Source: a virus
Taxonomy: Duplodnaviria > Caudoviricetes
IMG/VR virus record: IMGVR_UViG_3300020043_002687
Span: 1-44,874 of that record
DNA: 44,874 nucleotides
Reading direction: 5' to 3' (one strand)
Shown here piece by piece: positions 26,902 through 35,262 of the stretch. Position 1 is the first letter of the stretch, and the number at the start of each line of letters is the position of its first letter. The notes below the pieces were generated by a model. The model did not search any database. It was given only the letters and a program-made list of their open reading frames with translations, and was not told the DNA's origin. A program made the position numbers and the translations under genes.

Positions 26902-27117
26902 CTATTCCTCGTTAGGTGGTTGTGGCAGTGGCATCCAGTGGGTTGGTTCTAGTGGAAGTTCTTCATCTTCATCCCAACTATGCAACCAACCCCCGTACAA
27001 AAACACAACTGGCTGGACAGTCCATCTTTTTGCTTTATAAAGCATATTCCACGCAGCTAAGATAGCTGTCCCATCCCTAGGTGCAGTCTCAATCGGTTGC
27101 CATGAACTAGAATCCAA
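26902..27117 (-). CDS. DUF551-like protein
   Basis: WQPIETAPRDGT...PTHWMPLP.PP; start uncertain. Confidence 0.75.
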   Translation of the reverse strand: MDSSSWQPIETAPRDGTAILAAWNMLYKAKRWTVQPVVFLYGGWLHSWDEDEELPLEPTHWMPLPQPPNEE

Positions 27118-28831
27118 AATCTGTATCTCCGCTTGTTTTGCGTAGTTTGACAACAGTATTCGCCGCAGAACTGGGGACATCATCAAACACACTTGATTCA
27201 TTTACACTAGAGCCAAACCGCTCTGATACCATTGTAGTCTCACTATCATACATAAGCATCCCACAAGAACCAGTGAGTGCGAAAGGACGGTTCTTAGAGG
27301 TTGTCAGATAAGTAGTGTTCTGTTCCCGTGGATCATCTGACACCTTGTCACGCTTCATTTCAATGACCATAATAGCCTCTTCTTCGATGGCTGAAGCGTA
27401 CTTGGTCCTCCCATCCTCATTAACGTGAGAGATACACATGATACCCACATTATTACGCTTAGAGAACTCTGTCAGCTTAACACCCAACTCAGTCAAGGCA
27501 GAGGTAGCACTATCTGTACCTCCCAAGTAGGCTAGTCGCTGTAGGTGGTCAACAAAGATGTACTCAGCCCCATAGACGGCTACAGCATACTTACATTGCT
27601 TCAGACAGTCCTCTACGGGGTTCTGTGGGTTAATGTCGAAAGAGATGAACCTACGATCACCTACAACAGCTCGAAGGGCCTCTCTGACCTCTGTTTCCCC
27701 CACACCATTCTTCTCTGCGTCTTCCTTGGTCATTACGTTCTTACCAAGTTCGTAGGTAGCCATGGCGCGACCAGTGGTAGACTTCATCTCCTCCATCATC
27801 AGGACTGCTACAGTCTTTCCGTGAGTGACGACAAGATCATGTTGTAGCATACGAAGCATGCTTGATTTTCCTGTACCGGGTAGAGCTTTAAAGACTGTGA
27901 TACCACCCTTTACAAGGCCACGGTTGATCTCATTAAAGCCTTTGATCGGTGTAGGTGTGTATTCGTATGGTGTTTCACTCTCTAGGGCTTCAAACCAATC
28001 CTCTACAGAGACTACAAAACCAGCTGGGGAGTAAGGTTTAGCTTTCCACCAAGCATCACGATAGTCTTTCTGTTTCCCCTGCAAGAGAAAGTCATTAGCA
28101 TCCTTGATTGACCCATGGTCCATGACAAAGACTTTATTAGGGAACAAGTCAAACAAAGTATCTTTGATATGGTCTGCCTTACCATCGTTATCAAGCGACA
28201 GAATAATCTTCTCAAAACCATCTAGCCACTTAAAGCACTTCTCCCAGATGATCTTCTTTGGTGTAGCTGAGGGTAGAGATACAGACGGAGTTGTGTAGCC
28301 ATTGTGTGACAACATTTGGTATGCTGCCATGGCGTCTTCTTCACCTTCGGTGATAACTACAAACTTGCTACTACCAGAAGGAAAGTAGTTCATACCAAAA
28401 AGTTCATCACTATTGGCACCCTTGGTAGAGAAGCTCTTATCGTCAATGTACCGTGTTTTGACACCACCAGAAGGATACTTGTACTCCACACGGTTAGGGG
28501 TATTGTACTGCTTTACTCCATAGAACTCTCGTACATGGCTCTTGATGCCACGAAAGTCAGAGTAGAAACCATCCTTACTGTTTGTAGCTTTAGTGGTTGC
28601 CTTATCGTCTCCAAACACATCTTCCATCGGATCATCAAGTCCCTTCAATATCCAAGGCTTGGTATTCTTACCCTGCCTAGCCCACAGGCTACCTTTGTAT
28701 TCCCATGTCCCTATACCACAAGACTTACAATGTCCAACTTTATTTTCTTCGTTCCAACTGTAGGCATCACTGCTACCACAGTTATCATCTGGGCAGGGGA
28801 TATGTGAGATTTCTGACATACTATAGTTCAA
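27107..28831 (-). CDS. T7 gp4-like primase-helicase
   Basis: Zn finger (CPDDNCGSSDA...CKSC), TOPRIM (ITEGEEDA, LDND), Walker A GTGKS, DHL, ISH, KNR. Confidence 0.95.
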   Translation of the reverse strand: MNYSMSEISHIPCPDDNCGSSDAYSWNEENKVGHCKSCGIGTWEYKGSLWARQGKNTKPWILKGLDDPMEDVFGDDKATTKATNSKDGFYSDFRGIKSHVREFYGVKQYNTPNRVEYKYPSGGVKTRYIDDKSFSTKGANSDELFGMNYFPSGSSKFVVITEGEEDAMAAYQMLSHNGYTTPSVSLPSATPKKIIWEKCFKWLDGFEKIILSLDNDGKADHIKDTLFDLFPNKVFVMDHGSIKDANDFLLQGKQKDYRDAWWKAKPYSPAGFVVSVEDWFEALESETPYEYTPTPIKGFNEINRGLVKGGITVFKALPGTGKSSMLRMLQHDLVVTHGKTVAVLMMEEMKSTTGRAMATYELGKNVMTKEDAEKNGVGETEVREALRAVVGDRRFISFDINPQNPVEDCLKQCKYAVAVYGAEYIFVDHLQRLAYLGGTDSATSALTELGVKLTEFSKRNNVGIMCISHVNEDGRTKYASAIEEEAIMVIEMKRDKVSDDPREQNTTYLTTSKNRPFALTGSCGMLMYDSETTMVSERFGSSVNESSVFDDVPSSAANTVVKLRKTSGDTDFGF

Positions 28832-29003
28832 TCCTTAAGTTTTTCCCTTTCGGGGTAGCTACGCAATATAGAAGACAAAGACAAGAATCTGATACTATAG
28901 TTCCCTACTATAGTACCTTAACCAAAGGCTTTGTTTTCTTTTCCTTCTCTTTGTCTTCACTATAGGTTCAAAACTATAGTAGAGAAACCAAAGCTCCTAC
29001 TTA

Positions 29004-29034
29004 CTATAAGGTCTGCTTTTCCGCTGTTTGTCAA
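29004..29034 (-). promoter_or_regulatory. Conserved phage promoter, copy 2
   Basis: TTGACA-AACAGCGG-AAAAGCAGACC-TTATAG. Confidence 0.8.
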
Positions 29035-29071
29035 CTACCTCAAAAAGGATACCTTAAGTGTTGCTTAAGTG

Positions 29072-29629
29072 TCACATAAGTATCTCTCGTAGCTTCTCCA
29101 AAGCCCCTTGGTAGACCTTATCTGCCCTCTGTTTGGATACACCCATAGATTTACCCACCTCTTGTAGGGTGTAGCCATGCAGAGCAACTTTACGGAAGAC
29201 CGATGCCTCTTGCTCATCTAGGGCCTTCGTGACAGCCAACCCCAACTCAGCAAGTTCCTCATGTGAACCTTCTAGCACCTCTTTATCCAAGGTGTCCAGA
29301 GTTACGTAGTCACCCATCAGAGCGAAGTACAGGGCCTTCTCCGTGGCAGTAAGGGTATCTAGGTTGTCTAGGGTAGCCCATCGCTTCTTAAGCCCCCTAT
29401 GGTTGTTATCCGAAGGGATTTCGATAGGTCGTTGCTTGAAGTTGGTGTAGTCATACATAGCCTGCCGAATGCTTGTCTCAATTATATCAGGGTGAGTACA
29501 CCCCTTAGCTACGCACTCTAAGTATGCTAGATAGCCCTCTTGGATCAGGTCTTCACGTTGATCTGTTGTAACCCTATAACGTGATGCACGAGCCTTACAC
29601 AAAGCATGGTAGTCTACAGGTGTGTTCAA
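29072..29629 (-). CDS. Sigma-70-family factor
   Basis: Region 2 REDLIQEGYLAYLE; region 4 HTH LDEQE..VF......YTLQEVGKSMGVSKQRA.....ALEKLR. Confidence 0.8.
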   Translation of the reverse strand: MNTPVDYHALCKARASRYRVTTDQREDLIQEGYLAYLECVAKGCTHPDIIETSIRQAMYDYTNFKQRPIEIPSDNNHRGLKKRWATLDNLDTLTATEKALYFALMGDYVTLDTLDKEVLEGSHEELAELGLAVTKALDEQEASVFRKVALHGYTLQEVGKSMGVSKQRADKVYQGALEKLREILM

Positions 29630-29901
29630 CGGTTAAGCTCCCTGTCCCAATAGATGTTGGCTAGCACAAGGTCAACAGTTGCTTGAATTTCTTCTGGTAC
29701 AGCACCTGTCTCGCCAGACTCCATGTCATCATAGGTGTAGCTATAGAACTCTGGTTCATGCAGAATGTCTGCCCAATAACCAGATTCATCTTCCCCGGTC
29801 ACATAGGCCCCATGCTTATAGAGTTTAGCGGTTACAACATTGTATTTACCGCTAATAGGGTCTACAAAATCTACTACGTATTCTAGGTGGTTCTTTGTCA
29901 T
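29626..29901 (-). CDS. Hypothetical acidic protein
   Basis: Coupled ORF. Confidence 0.6.
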   Translation of the reverse strand: MTKNHLEYVVDFVDPISGKYNVVTAKLYKHGAYVTGEDESGYWADILHEPEFYSYTYDDMESGETGAVPEEIQATVDLVLANIYWDRELNR

Positions 29902-30272
29902 TCTTTAGTTTCCTTATAGAAGATATGATTCCCATATACACCAAGTCTATCCATACTGTCAACCCAATAAGGGCTTACATCAAGATTATGATAGTGTGTG
30001 GCACCAGTATCTAGTGTTTCCCCTGCAAGTGCTGCAATCGCTACATCTACAGAGCCTTCCCAAGCACTATCGCTTACGACACTGATTAAGTCAAGCTCAC
30101 TGTTCAACCCTGAGAATTGTTTGTAGTCAAAAGCTACATCACACACAGTATCGGGATACCCTTCTGTAGCTACACGATTAAGGACAACTTCTGCTACCAT
30201 AAGTTGCCCATCGTAAGGCTCTCCCCTTGCCTCTACATAGACTACTAAAGCAAGACAGAATGTTGATAGCAC
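29898..30272 (-). CDS. SleB/Hydrolase_2-like cell wall hydrolase
   Basis: CLAL.VY.EARGE...GQ..VA.VVLNRV...YPDTVC.V...QFS...ATHYH...P.W...GNHIFY. Confidence 0.9.
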   Translation of the reverse strand: MLSTFCLALVVYVEARGEPYDGQLMVAEVVLNRVATEGYPDTVCDVAFDYKQFSGLNSELDLISVVSDSAWEGSVDVAIAALAGETLDTGATHYHNLDVSPYWVDSMDRLGVYGNHIFYKETKE

Positions 30273-30670
30273 TATTCAACAACCTCCTGATATTTTACTG
30301 CAATACGAAGGCAAGTATACATCGCATTTTTTACGGCATCTTCTTCCGCCATATGATATGCATTTCCAGTTTCGTACTCATTAACCCAAATACATTTAGG
30401 CATAGTAGTCAATTGTTTTTCTAGCTCTGCGATCTGTGCAAGAATTTGTTCACGTGTCATTGGTTTGGTTTCCTTTGGTTCATGGTCTTCTACAATAAGG
30501 TATCTAATAATGTCAGAAACCGCTGATCTTTCATCTTCGCTATGTGACCAATTTAGGTCCTTACCAAACCTCGTTAAACTAAAACCATCCCTTAGGATAT
30601 ATCCCACTACAGTATCCTTGGACTTGATTGGGCAGTCTCCACCCCTCCATTTAATCCATTCGTTAGTCAT
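30272..30670 (-). CDS. Hypothetical protein
   Basis: WIKW.GG.CP...DII.Y motif; ATG 30670 with an AAGGAG RBS. Confidence 0.65.
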   Translation of the reverse strand: MTNEWIKWRGGDCPIKSKDTVVGYILRDGFSLTRFGKDLNWSHSEDERSAVSDIIRYLIVEDHEPKETKPMTREQILAQIAELEKQLTTMPKCIWVNEYETGNAYHMAEEDAVKNAMYTCLRIAVKYQEVVE

Positions 30671-30683
30671 TTGTTTTCTCCTT

Positions 30684-31181
30684 TCACGGCTGCACGTCGA
30701 GGGCGGCGAGGATTCGGACCTCGTAGTCGGTTTGGGCTGCGGCTTTGGCGGCTTCGAGGGTCGGGTATCCTTTGCTTTCCCACCACAGGGTTCCACTAGT
30801 GATTGGCAACGTAGGGTGCAGATAAACCATGAAGGACGCAGCCCACGGGTCGCGCTGCACCTGATACCGTTGACTAAACTCAGCGTCAGCAATGGAAACG
30901 TCAGGCCCAGCAAACGCCGGATTTGGGTATGGACGCCACACCAGCGGCTTGACCGTCACCCGCTGACGGCTATCCGCGTTGATGGCAGGATCGGCGGGAT
31001 GGCTAGCGGCAAATGCGGGAAGGATGCGCTGGACGGCTGCAATGGTTTTGTGCGTCATGCCAGATGTGGATAGTAGTAATTCTAGCACATCACCGCGCCG
31101 GATCATGTCGTTGTCGTTGGTCATAGCTAGCTTCTCCCTGACTTGATCTAGAGTTTCTCGTGCAAAACTCTTGCCCATCAC
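30684..31181 (-). CDS. Hypothetical protein
   Basis: D.IRRGD; VKPLVW; TLEAAKAAAQ.DYE.RILAAL. Confidence 0.65.
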   Translation of the reverse strand: MMGKSFARETLDQVREKLAMTNDNDMIRRGDVLELLLSTSGMTHKTIAAVQRILPAFAASHPADPAINADSRQRVTVKPLVWRPYPNPAFAGPDVSIADAEFSQRYQVQRDPWAASFMVYLHPTLPITSGTLWWESKGYPTLEAAKAAAQTDYEVRILAALDVQP

Positions 31182-31612
31182 ACCCCGCCTTTCTCAATCT
31201 CGGCCAGCACGTCGCAGGCAATGTCATACATTGTTCTGGAATCTAGGCTGTCGTCGCTCGGATCATATTCAAGCCTGATTTCCCACAACGCTTCCACCAC
31301 CTTACGAAGTCGTGCTTCGCACTCTGCCAGTTGCGCCTTGGTGTCGTCGTGCAGGTCGGCGTCTGACCAAATAGCGCGGGCATATCGCTTGCCCTTCTCT
31401 GTCAGATCGGCCTTGTATCCGCACCCTTTTGGCGTTGTGATAAGCCCATGTTCGCGCAGGATTGCGACTTGCGTTGCTCCGCCAGTGAACCCTACGGCGT
31501 ATTTCCGCACCCCATCATTCACCACTTGGCGCGGCGCCATGCTGCCAAAATTGGCGTATGCGTGAACGCGGATGATTTCAGCATCGCTGATAATTTCCTC
31601 CGGCGCGGTCAT
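31178..31612 (-). CDS. Hypothetical protein
   Basis: Coupled ORF in a GC-richer block. Confidence 0.65.
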   Translation of the reverse strand: MTAPEEIISDAEIIRVHAYANFGSMAPRQVVNDGVRKYAVGFTGGATQVAILREHGLITTPKGCGYKADLTEKGKRYARAIWSDADLHDDTKAQLAECEARLRKVVEALWEIRLEYDPSDDSLDSRTMYDIACDVLAEIEKGGV

Positions 31613-32220
31613 GTTTTGGCTCCTTTGGTGATGGCTGCGAGGACTTGAAACTCTGCGTCATAAGCAACGCTGTCAGGGTGGTCCTTGAAACCTACGTTGC
31701 GGCAGATAACAGCCGCCTCACGCATCCCCTGCGCCCGTGCCTCTGCCCGGATGGCGTCCAGCGCTGTGGTTTGTTCTTGGGTGGCTAGGGCGCGGATGGC
31801 TCTATCTGCATCTGAATACCAGTCCCAGTCACCTTTAAGATAAGTATCTGCCGCCCGCTCATACGCCGCAGCCGTTTCCGCGCGGGATTGGGTCAGGTCA
31901 CGCGACTGCTGACAAAATTGATTGCCATACTCATCACAGACAATTCCAGTTTTTCCATCAGTGTAAACACATTGCCACGCCGCAAGATTGGCGCATTCCT
32001 CTCGGGATTGCTCAAGGGCTTCTAGCATTTCAACGATGGTTTGATGTTGCTCTGCTGATGTGTTGATCCAGCGGTCAACGAGGTCTTGGGATTGGGTTAG
32101 GGCTTCCTCCAACTCTTCGATGCAGTTGGCGGCTTCATCACCTACACCATAGGTTCCTCTCAATTCGCGCAACCGCGCTTTCAGATCATCGGCATCTGGT
32201 TTCTTGTAGCTGTTTGTCAT
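31609..32220 (-). CDS. Hypothetical coiled-coil protein
   Basis: DL.ARLR...EAA..IEELE; internal repeat LTQS.. Confidence 0.65.
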   Translation of the reverse strand: MTNSYKKPDADDLKARLRELRGTYGVGDEAANCIEELEEALTQSQDLVDRWINTSAEQHQTIVEMLEALEQSREECANLAAWQCVYTDGKTGIVCDEYGNQFCQQSRDLTQSRAETAAAYERAADTYLKGDWDWYSDADRAIRALATQEQTTALDAIRAEARAQGMREAAVICRNVGFKDHPDSVAYDAEFQVLAAITKGAKT

Positions 32221-32387
32221 TCTTCATCTTCCTCCTTCACATACCACATAGCCCCACAAGTAGGGCATTCCCACACCCATACTGCCCCCTCCTCTCTTTC
32301 TCTTGGGCCAGACCAACAAGTAGGACAGAAATCATAGTGGTCATCTGCTGCCCTCATGCTACCATCTAGTTCATGCCAATGAGACAT
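32217..32387 (-). CDS. Small Zn-ribbon protein
   Basis: CPTC...CPTCG; start at MSHWHE. Confidence 0.6.
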   Translation of the reverse strand: MSHWHELDGSMRAADDHYDFCPTCWSGPREREEGAVWVWECPTCGAMWYVKEEDEE

Positions 32388-32412
32388 TTCTTTACTCTCT
32401 TTTGTTGATTGT

Positions 32413-32568
32413 CTAGTACGGGGGTTCTTCACCAAGATAGGAGGGCTTCCAACCTACACTATCGTAGCGCTTGCTTTTATTCATTGTCGTGACTACAAAA
32501 GTCTTATGGGTAAAGACACCAAGTTGGTCTAGTTCTTTCTGTAGCCAAAAGGGCAGTTCGTATTCCAT
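32413..32568 (-). CDS. 51-aa hypothetical protein (not in the ORF track)
   Basis: MEYELPFWLQKEL...WKPSYLGEEPPY*; AAGGA RBS. Confidence 0.55.
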   Translation of the reverse strand: MEYELPFWLQKELDQLGVFTHKTFVVTTMNKSKRYDSVGWKPSYLGEEPPY

Positions 32569-32600
32569 GTGTGTATCCTTATAGGGTTTCTATTAAGTTG

Positions 32601-33134
32601 TCAAGGATTCTCTTGCTTGTAGAGTTTAGCAAAAGTTTTGGCTTTAGTTTCCTCATAAGCCTTCCAGAGAGAGGCTTCAGCTTCCTTATAAGCCTTCAAA
32701 AGAGGTGCTTTAGCTTCCTTATAAGCCTTCCAGAGAGAGGCTTCAGCTTCCTTATAAGCCTTCAAAAGAGGTGCTATAGCTTCTTCATAAGCCTTCAAAA
32801 GAGGTGCTTTAGCTTCCTCATAAGCCTTCCAGATAGGTGCTATAGCTTCTTCATAAGCCTTCAAAAGAGGTGCTATAGCTTCTTCATAAGCCTTCCAGAT
32901 AGATGCTATAGCTTCTTCATAAGCCTTCAAAAGAGGTGCTTTAGCTTCCTCATAAGCCTTACAACCTTCTGGACTTAGCAGACTGTTTGCAGCCCAATCC
33001 CAATCAAACTTATCGGCTACAGAGACTGCAATATCCTCTGATACTTCAGCCCCTTCTGGGAAGATTTCCATAAAGAGCTTTACTTGTGAGGTACAAGCTT
33101 TAGCTTTGACTAAAGTCTCAACAGTAAGTTTCAT
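32601..33134 (-). CDS. 11-aa repeat protein, paralog A (10 units)
   Basis: KAYxEAxAxLx units after a conserved N-domain; AGGAG RBS. Confidence 0.85.
   Translation of the reverse strand: MKLTVETLVKAKACTSQVKLFMEIFPEGAEVSEDIAVSVADKFDWDWAANSLLSPEGCKAYEEAKAPLLKAYEEAIASIWKAYEEAIAPLLKAYEEAIAPIWKAYEEAKAPLLKAYEEAIAPLLKAYKEAEASLWKAYKEAKAPLLKAYKEAEASLWKAYEETKAKTFAKLYKQENP
32632..32961. repeat. 33-bp coding tandem repeat
   Basis: About ten imperfect units of type cataagccttc(c/a)a(g/a)a(g/t)aggtgct(t/a)tagcttc. Confidence 0.9.
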
Positions 33135-33161
33135 GATTCTATCTCCTAGCTTTCTATTAAA

Positions 33162-33434
33162 TTACGCCAACTCTACAACTTTGTACAGATAAAAAGACTT
33201 CCACTTACTCTCTTTAACATCATAGATAGGGACCTGACCTCGCTGCTTCATCTGTTCCCCTTGCATGACACCCCGATCAGAACCAATAATGTGGCTCAAT
33301 GGTGCAAAACAACCATTGATACTCCGCAATGATCCATCTTGCTTGATGAACTTTACTGTAGCAAATTGGCCTTTAACTTTACAACCAGTAATGAAAGCTT
33401 CTACTACAGAGGGAGAGATGAATGCTGTGGACAT
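33162..33434 (-). CDS. SH3-fold/WYL-like small protein
   Basis: F.TV.F.K.DGS.R...YDV....WKSF; start at MSTAF. Confidence 0.65.
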   Translation of the reverse strand: MSTAFISPSVVEAFITGCKVKGQFATVKFIKQDGSLRSINGCFAPLSHIIGSDRGVMQGEQMKQRGQVPIYDVKESKWKSFYLYKVVELA

Positions 33435-33489
33435 TTGGTTTCTTTCTCTATTTGGTGTTGATTCTTTATAGTTGTTGGGGTTGGGTTTG

Positions 33490-33858
33490 TCAAGGATTCT
33501 CTTGCTTGTAGAGTCTAGCAAAAGTTTTGGCTTTAGTTTCCTCATAAGCTTTCAAGAGAGGTGCTCTAGCTTCCTCATAAGCCTCCCAGAAAGGTGCTTC
33601 AGCTTCCATATAAGCCTTCCAGAGAAGCTCTACATATTCCTCATAATCCTTCCAGAGAAATGCTTCAGCTTCCTCATAAGCTTCACAACCTTCTGAACTT
33701 AACAGATTGTCCGCAGCCCATTTCCAATCAAACTTATCGGCTACAGAGACTGCAATATCCTCTGATACTTCAGCCCCTTCTGGGAAGATTTCCATAAAGA
33801 GCTTTACTTGTGAGGTACAAGCTTTAGCTTTGACTAAAGTCTCAACAGTAAGTTTCAT
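33490..33858 (-). CDS. 11-aa repeat protein, paralog B (5 units)
   Basis: First 45 aa identical to paralog A; C-terminus nearly identical. Confidence 0.85.
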   Translation of the reverse strand: MKLTVETLVKAKACTSQVKLFMEIFPEGAEVSEDIAVSVADKFDWKWAADNLLSSEGCEAYEEAEAFLWKDYEEYVELLWKAYMEAEAPFWEAYEEARAPLLKAYEETKAKTFARLYKQENP

Positions 33859-33912
33859 GATTCTATCCTTCTCTTTGGTTAACACAATTACACAACTTAG
33901 ATTAGAAGCAGG

Positions 33913-34101
33913 TTACTTATTCGCTTCTGCTTGTTGGCTAAGAATAGCAAAGATTTTATCAAGGTTCTCCTTGGCCCTCTCATTATAGTAGTTTCTGTTA
34001 TCACTATGGTATGCTACCAGAACCATCTCATAAGCTTGCTGCAAAGGGTAGAGGAGTTTCAGAAGGTCTTCCCGAGAGATGGTCTTTGTTTCGTTGTTCA
34101 T
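33913..34101 (-). CDS. Hypothetical early protein
   Basis: MNNETKTISRED...; downstream of the promoter at 34173. Confidence 0.55.
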   Translation of the reverse strand: MNNETKTISREDLLKLLYPLQQAYEMVLVAYHSDNRNYYNERAKENLDKIFAILSQQAEANK

Positions 34102-34144
34102 CACAGTCTCCGATCTAAAGGTTATCTTGTGTTTCGTTGAGTTA

Positions 34145-34931
34145 CTTATGCTTGATTCGTTTTGTATTGTCAAGGATAAAGTTCATGGCCTTTAGGCAAG
34201 GATAAGGGAAAAACTTCTACAACTCAACGACTCTTTATGTTGTAGCTACAAATAGTTAGACATGATTCACGAGATAACAACAACCCACAAATTCCCTTAG
34301 TGGGGACTTGATGAACAATTCCCTCGGTAACCTCTGTTTCCATCGGTAGGGGTTTGGCGAACAATTTCCATCGTAGGGGTCTGAATAGGGATAAGCAAAT
34401 CTTTGTTTTTGACATTGTTCTTGATTCTTTGAGTCGAATCGTAAACCCCAACCGTCCAGAATAGCACGATTCGCTCGGTCTCGTCAAGTAACGATTTATT
34501 ACTGAAACAATTTTGTGATTTGACGAAGCCCCCGATTCGGCCTTATCCTATAGGTTTTTGCCTGTTGCCTCATCTGTTAGCGCTAACATTCAAGAATCTG
34601 CATGAGTTTCCACTTGCCCAGCCGCTTTAAGCGCGCAAGCGCGGTACTATGGCCTACGGCCATGCGTGGTGATTTTTGCGAGACGAATCGTTTGATCCGG
34701 CCCCGAGGCAGTGCTGCAATGTGATTCGTTTATAGCATATGATTCGACCTGTTGTCAATAGGGGGTTTTGTAAGCTTGTTATCCTTACCACAACATATAA
34801 GGAATCGCGGGTAGGCGTGGTTATAGTAGTGTCTACATAAAGTCAATAGGAATCTACTACTATCACAACAAAGTGAAGTCATTGAAATAATCAAGATACC
34901 TGTTGCGAATCACATTCGATTGCCGCATAAA
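34145..34931. promoter_or_regulatory. Divergent early promoter region with dense GANTC sites
   Basis: Leftward TTGAC-N17 promoters with -35 at 34173, 34487 and 34758, each with CGAATC in the spacer; rightward TTGCGA-N17-CATAAA at 34903; 15 GANTC counted. Confidence 0.75.
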
Positions 34932-34964
34932 CAATACAACGAAACGCAAAACAGGATCGAAACA

Positions 34965-35033
34965 ATGTTAACCGCCCTACTACTTGTCGCAATATTTCAA
35001 GGTTTTGCCGCCTTGATCATTCTTTCCGCCTAA
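34965..35033 (+). CDS. 22-aa hydrophobic peptide
   Basis: MLTALLLVAIFQGFAALIILSA*; AGGA RBS; first ORF after the rightward promoter. Confidence 0.5.
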   Translation: MLTALLLVAIFQGFAALIILSA

Positions 35034-35074
35034 GCGCCTACGCAACAATCAAAACGTAAAACAGGAATAAAATC

Positions 35075-35251
35075 ATGACAGCTTATACCAAATCGTTCGC
35101 ACTGGCCTATGAAACCAAAGCAAACCCCGACGGATTGAATCGCCTTGGCAACTGGACTTTCACGCGGCAACAGGCCGAATCCATGCGCGATAAACTTAAC
35201 GCTTGGAACCCTCTTAAGCCTGTCTTTGTTGTCAATCTGAATGCTGAATAA
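35075..35251 (+). CDS. 58-aa early protein
   Basis: MTAYTKSFALAYETK...VVNLNAE*; AGGA RBS. Confidence 0.6.
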   Translation: MTAYTKSFALAYETKANPDGLNRLGNWTFTRQQAESMRDKLNAWNPLKPVFVVNLNAE

Positions 35252-35262
35252 AGGAACGCCCC

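Noticed and set aside
32632-32961. 33-bp repeats as a CRISPR array
   Set aside because: Units are contiguous with no unique spacers, keep the reading frame and encode 11-aa repeats; no cas genes seen
32601-33858. Paralog pair as a diversity-generating retroelement TR/VR
   Set aside because: No reverse transcriptase in the genome, and the differences are in repeat number and are not adenine-specific
34224-34487. 87-aa ORF starting at TTG 34487
   Set aside because: That TTG is the -35 box of a promoter; a shorter ORF from the internal ATG (MSKTK...) is possible but unsupported
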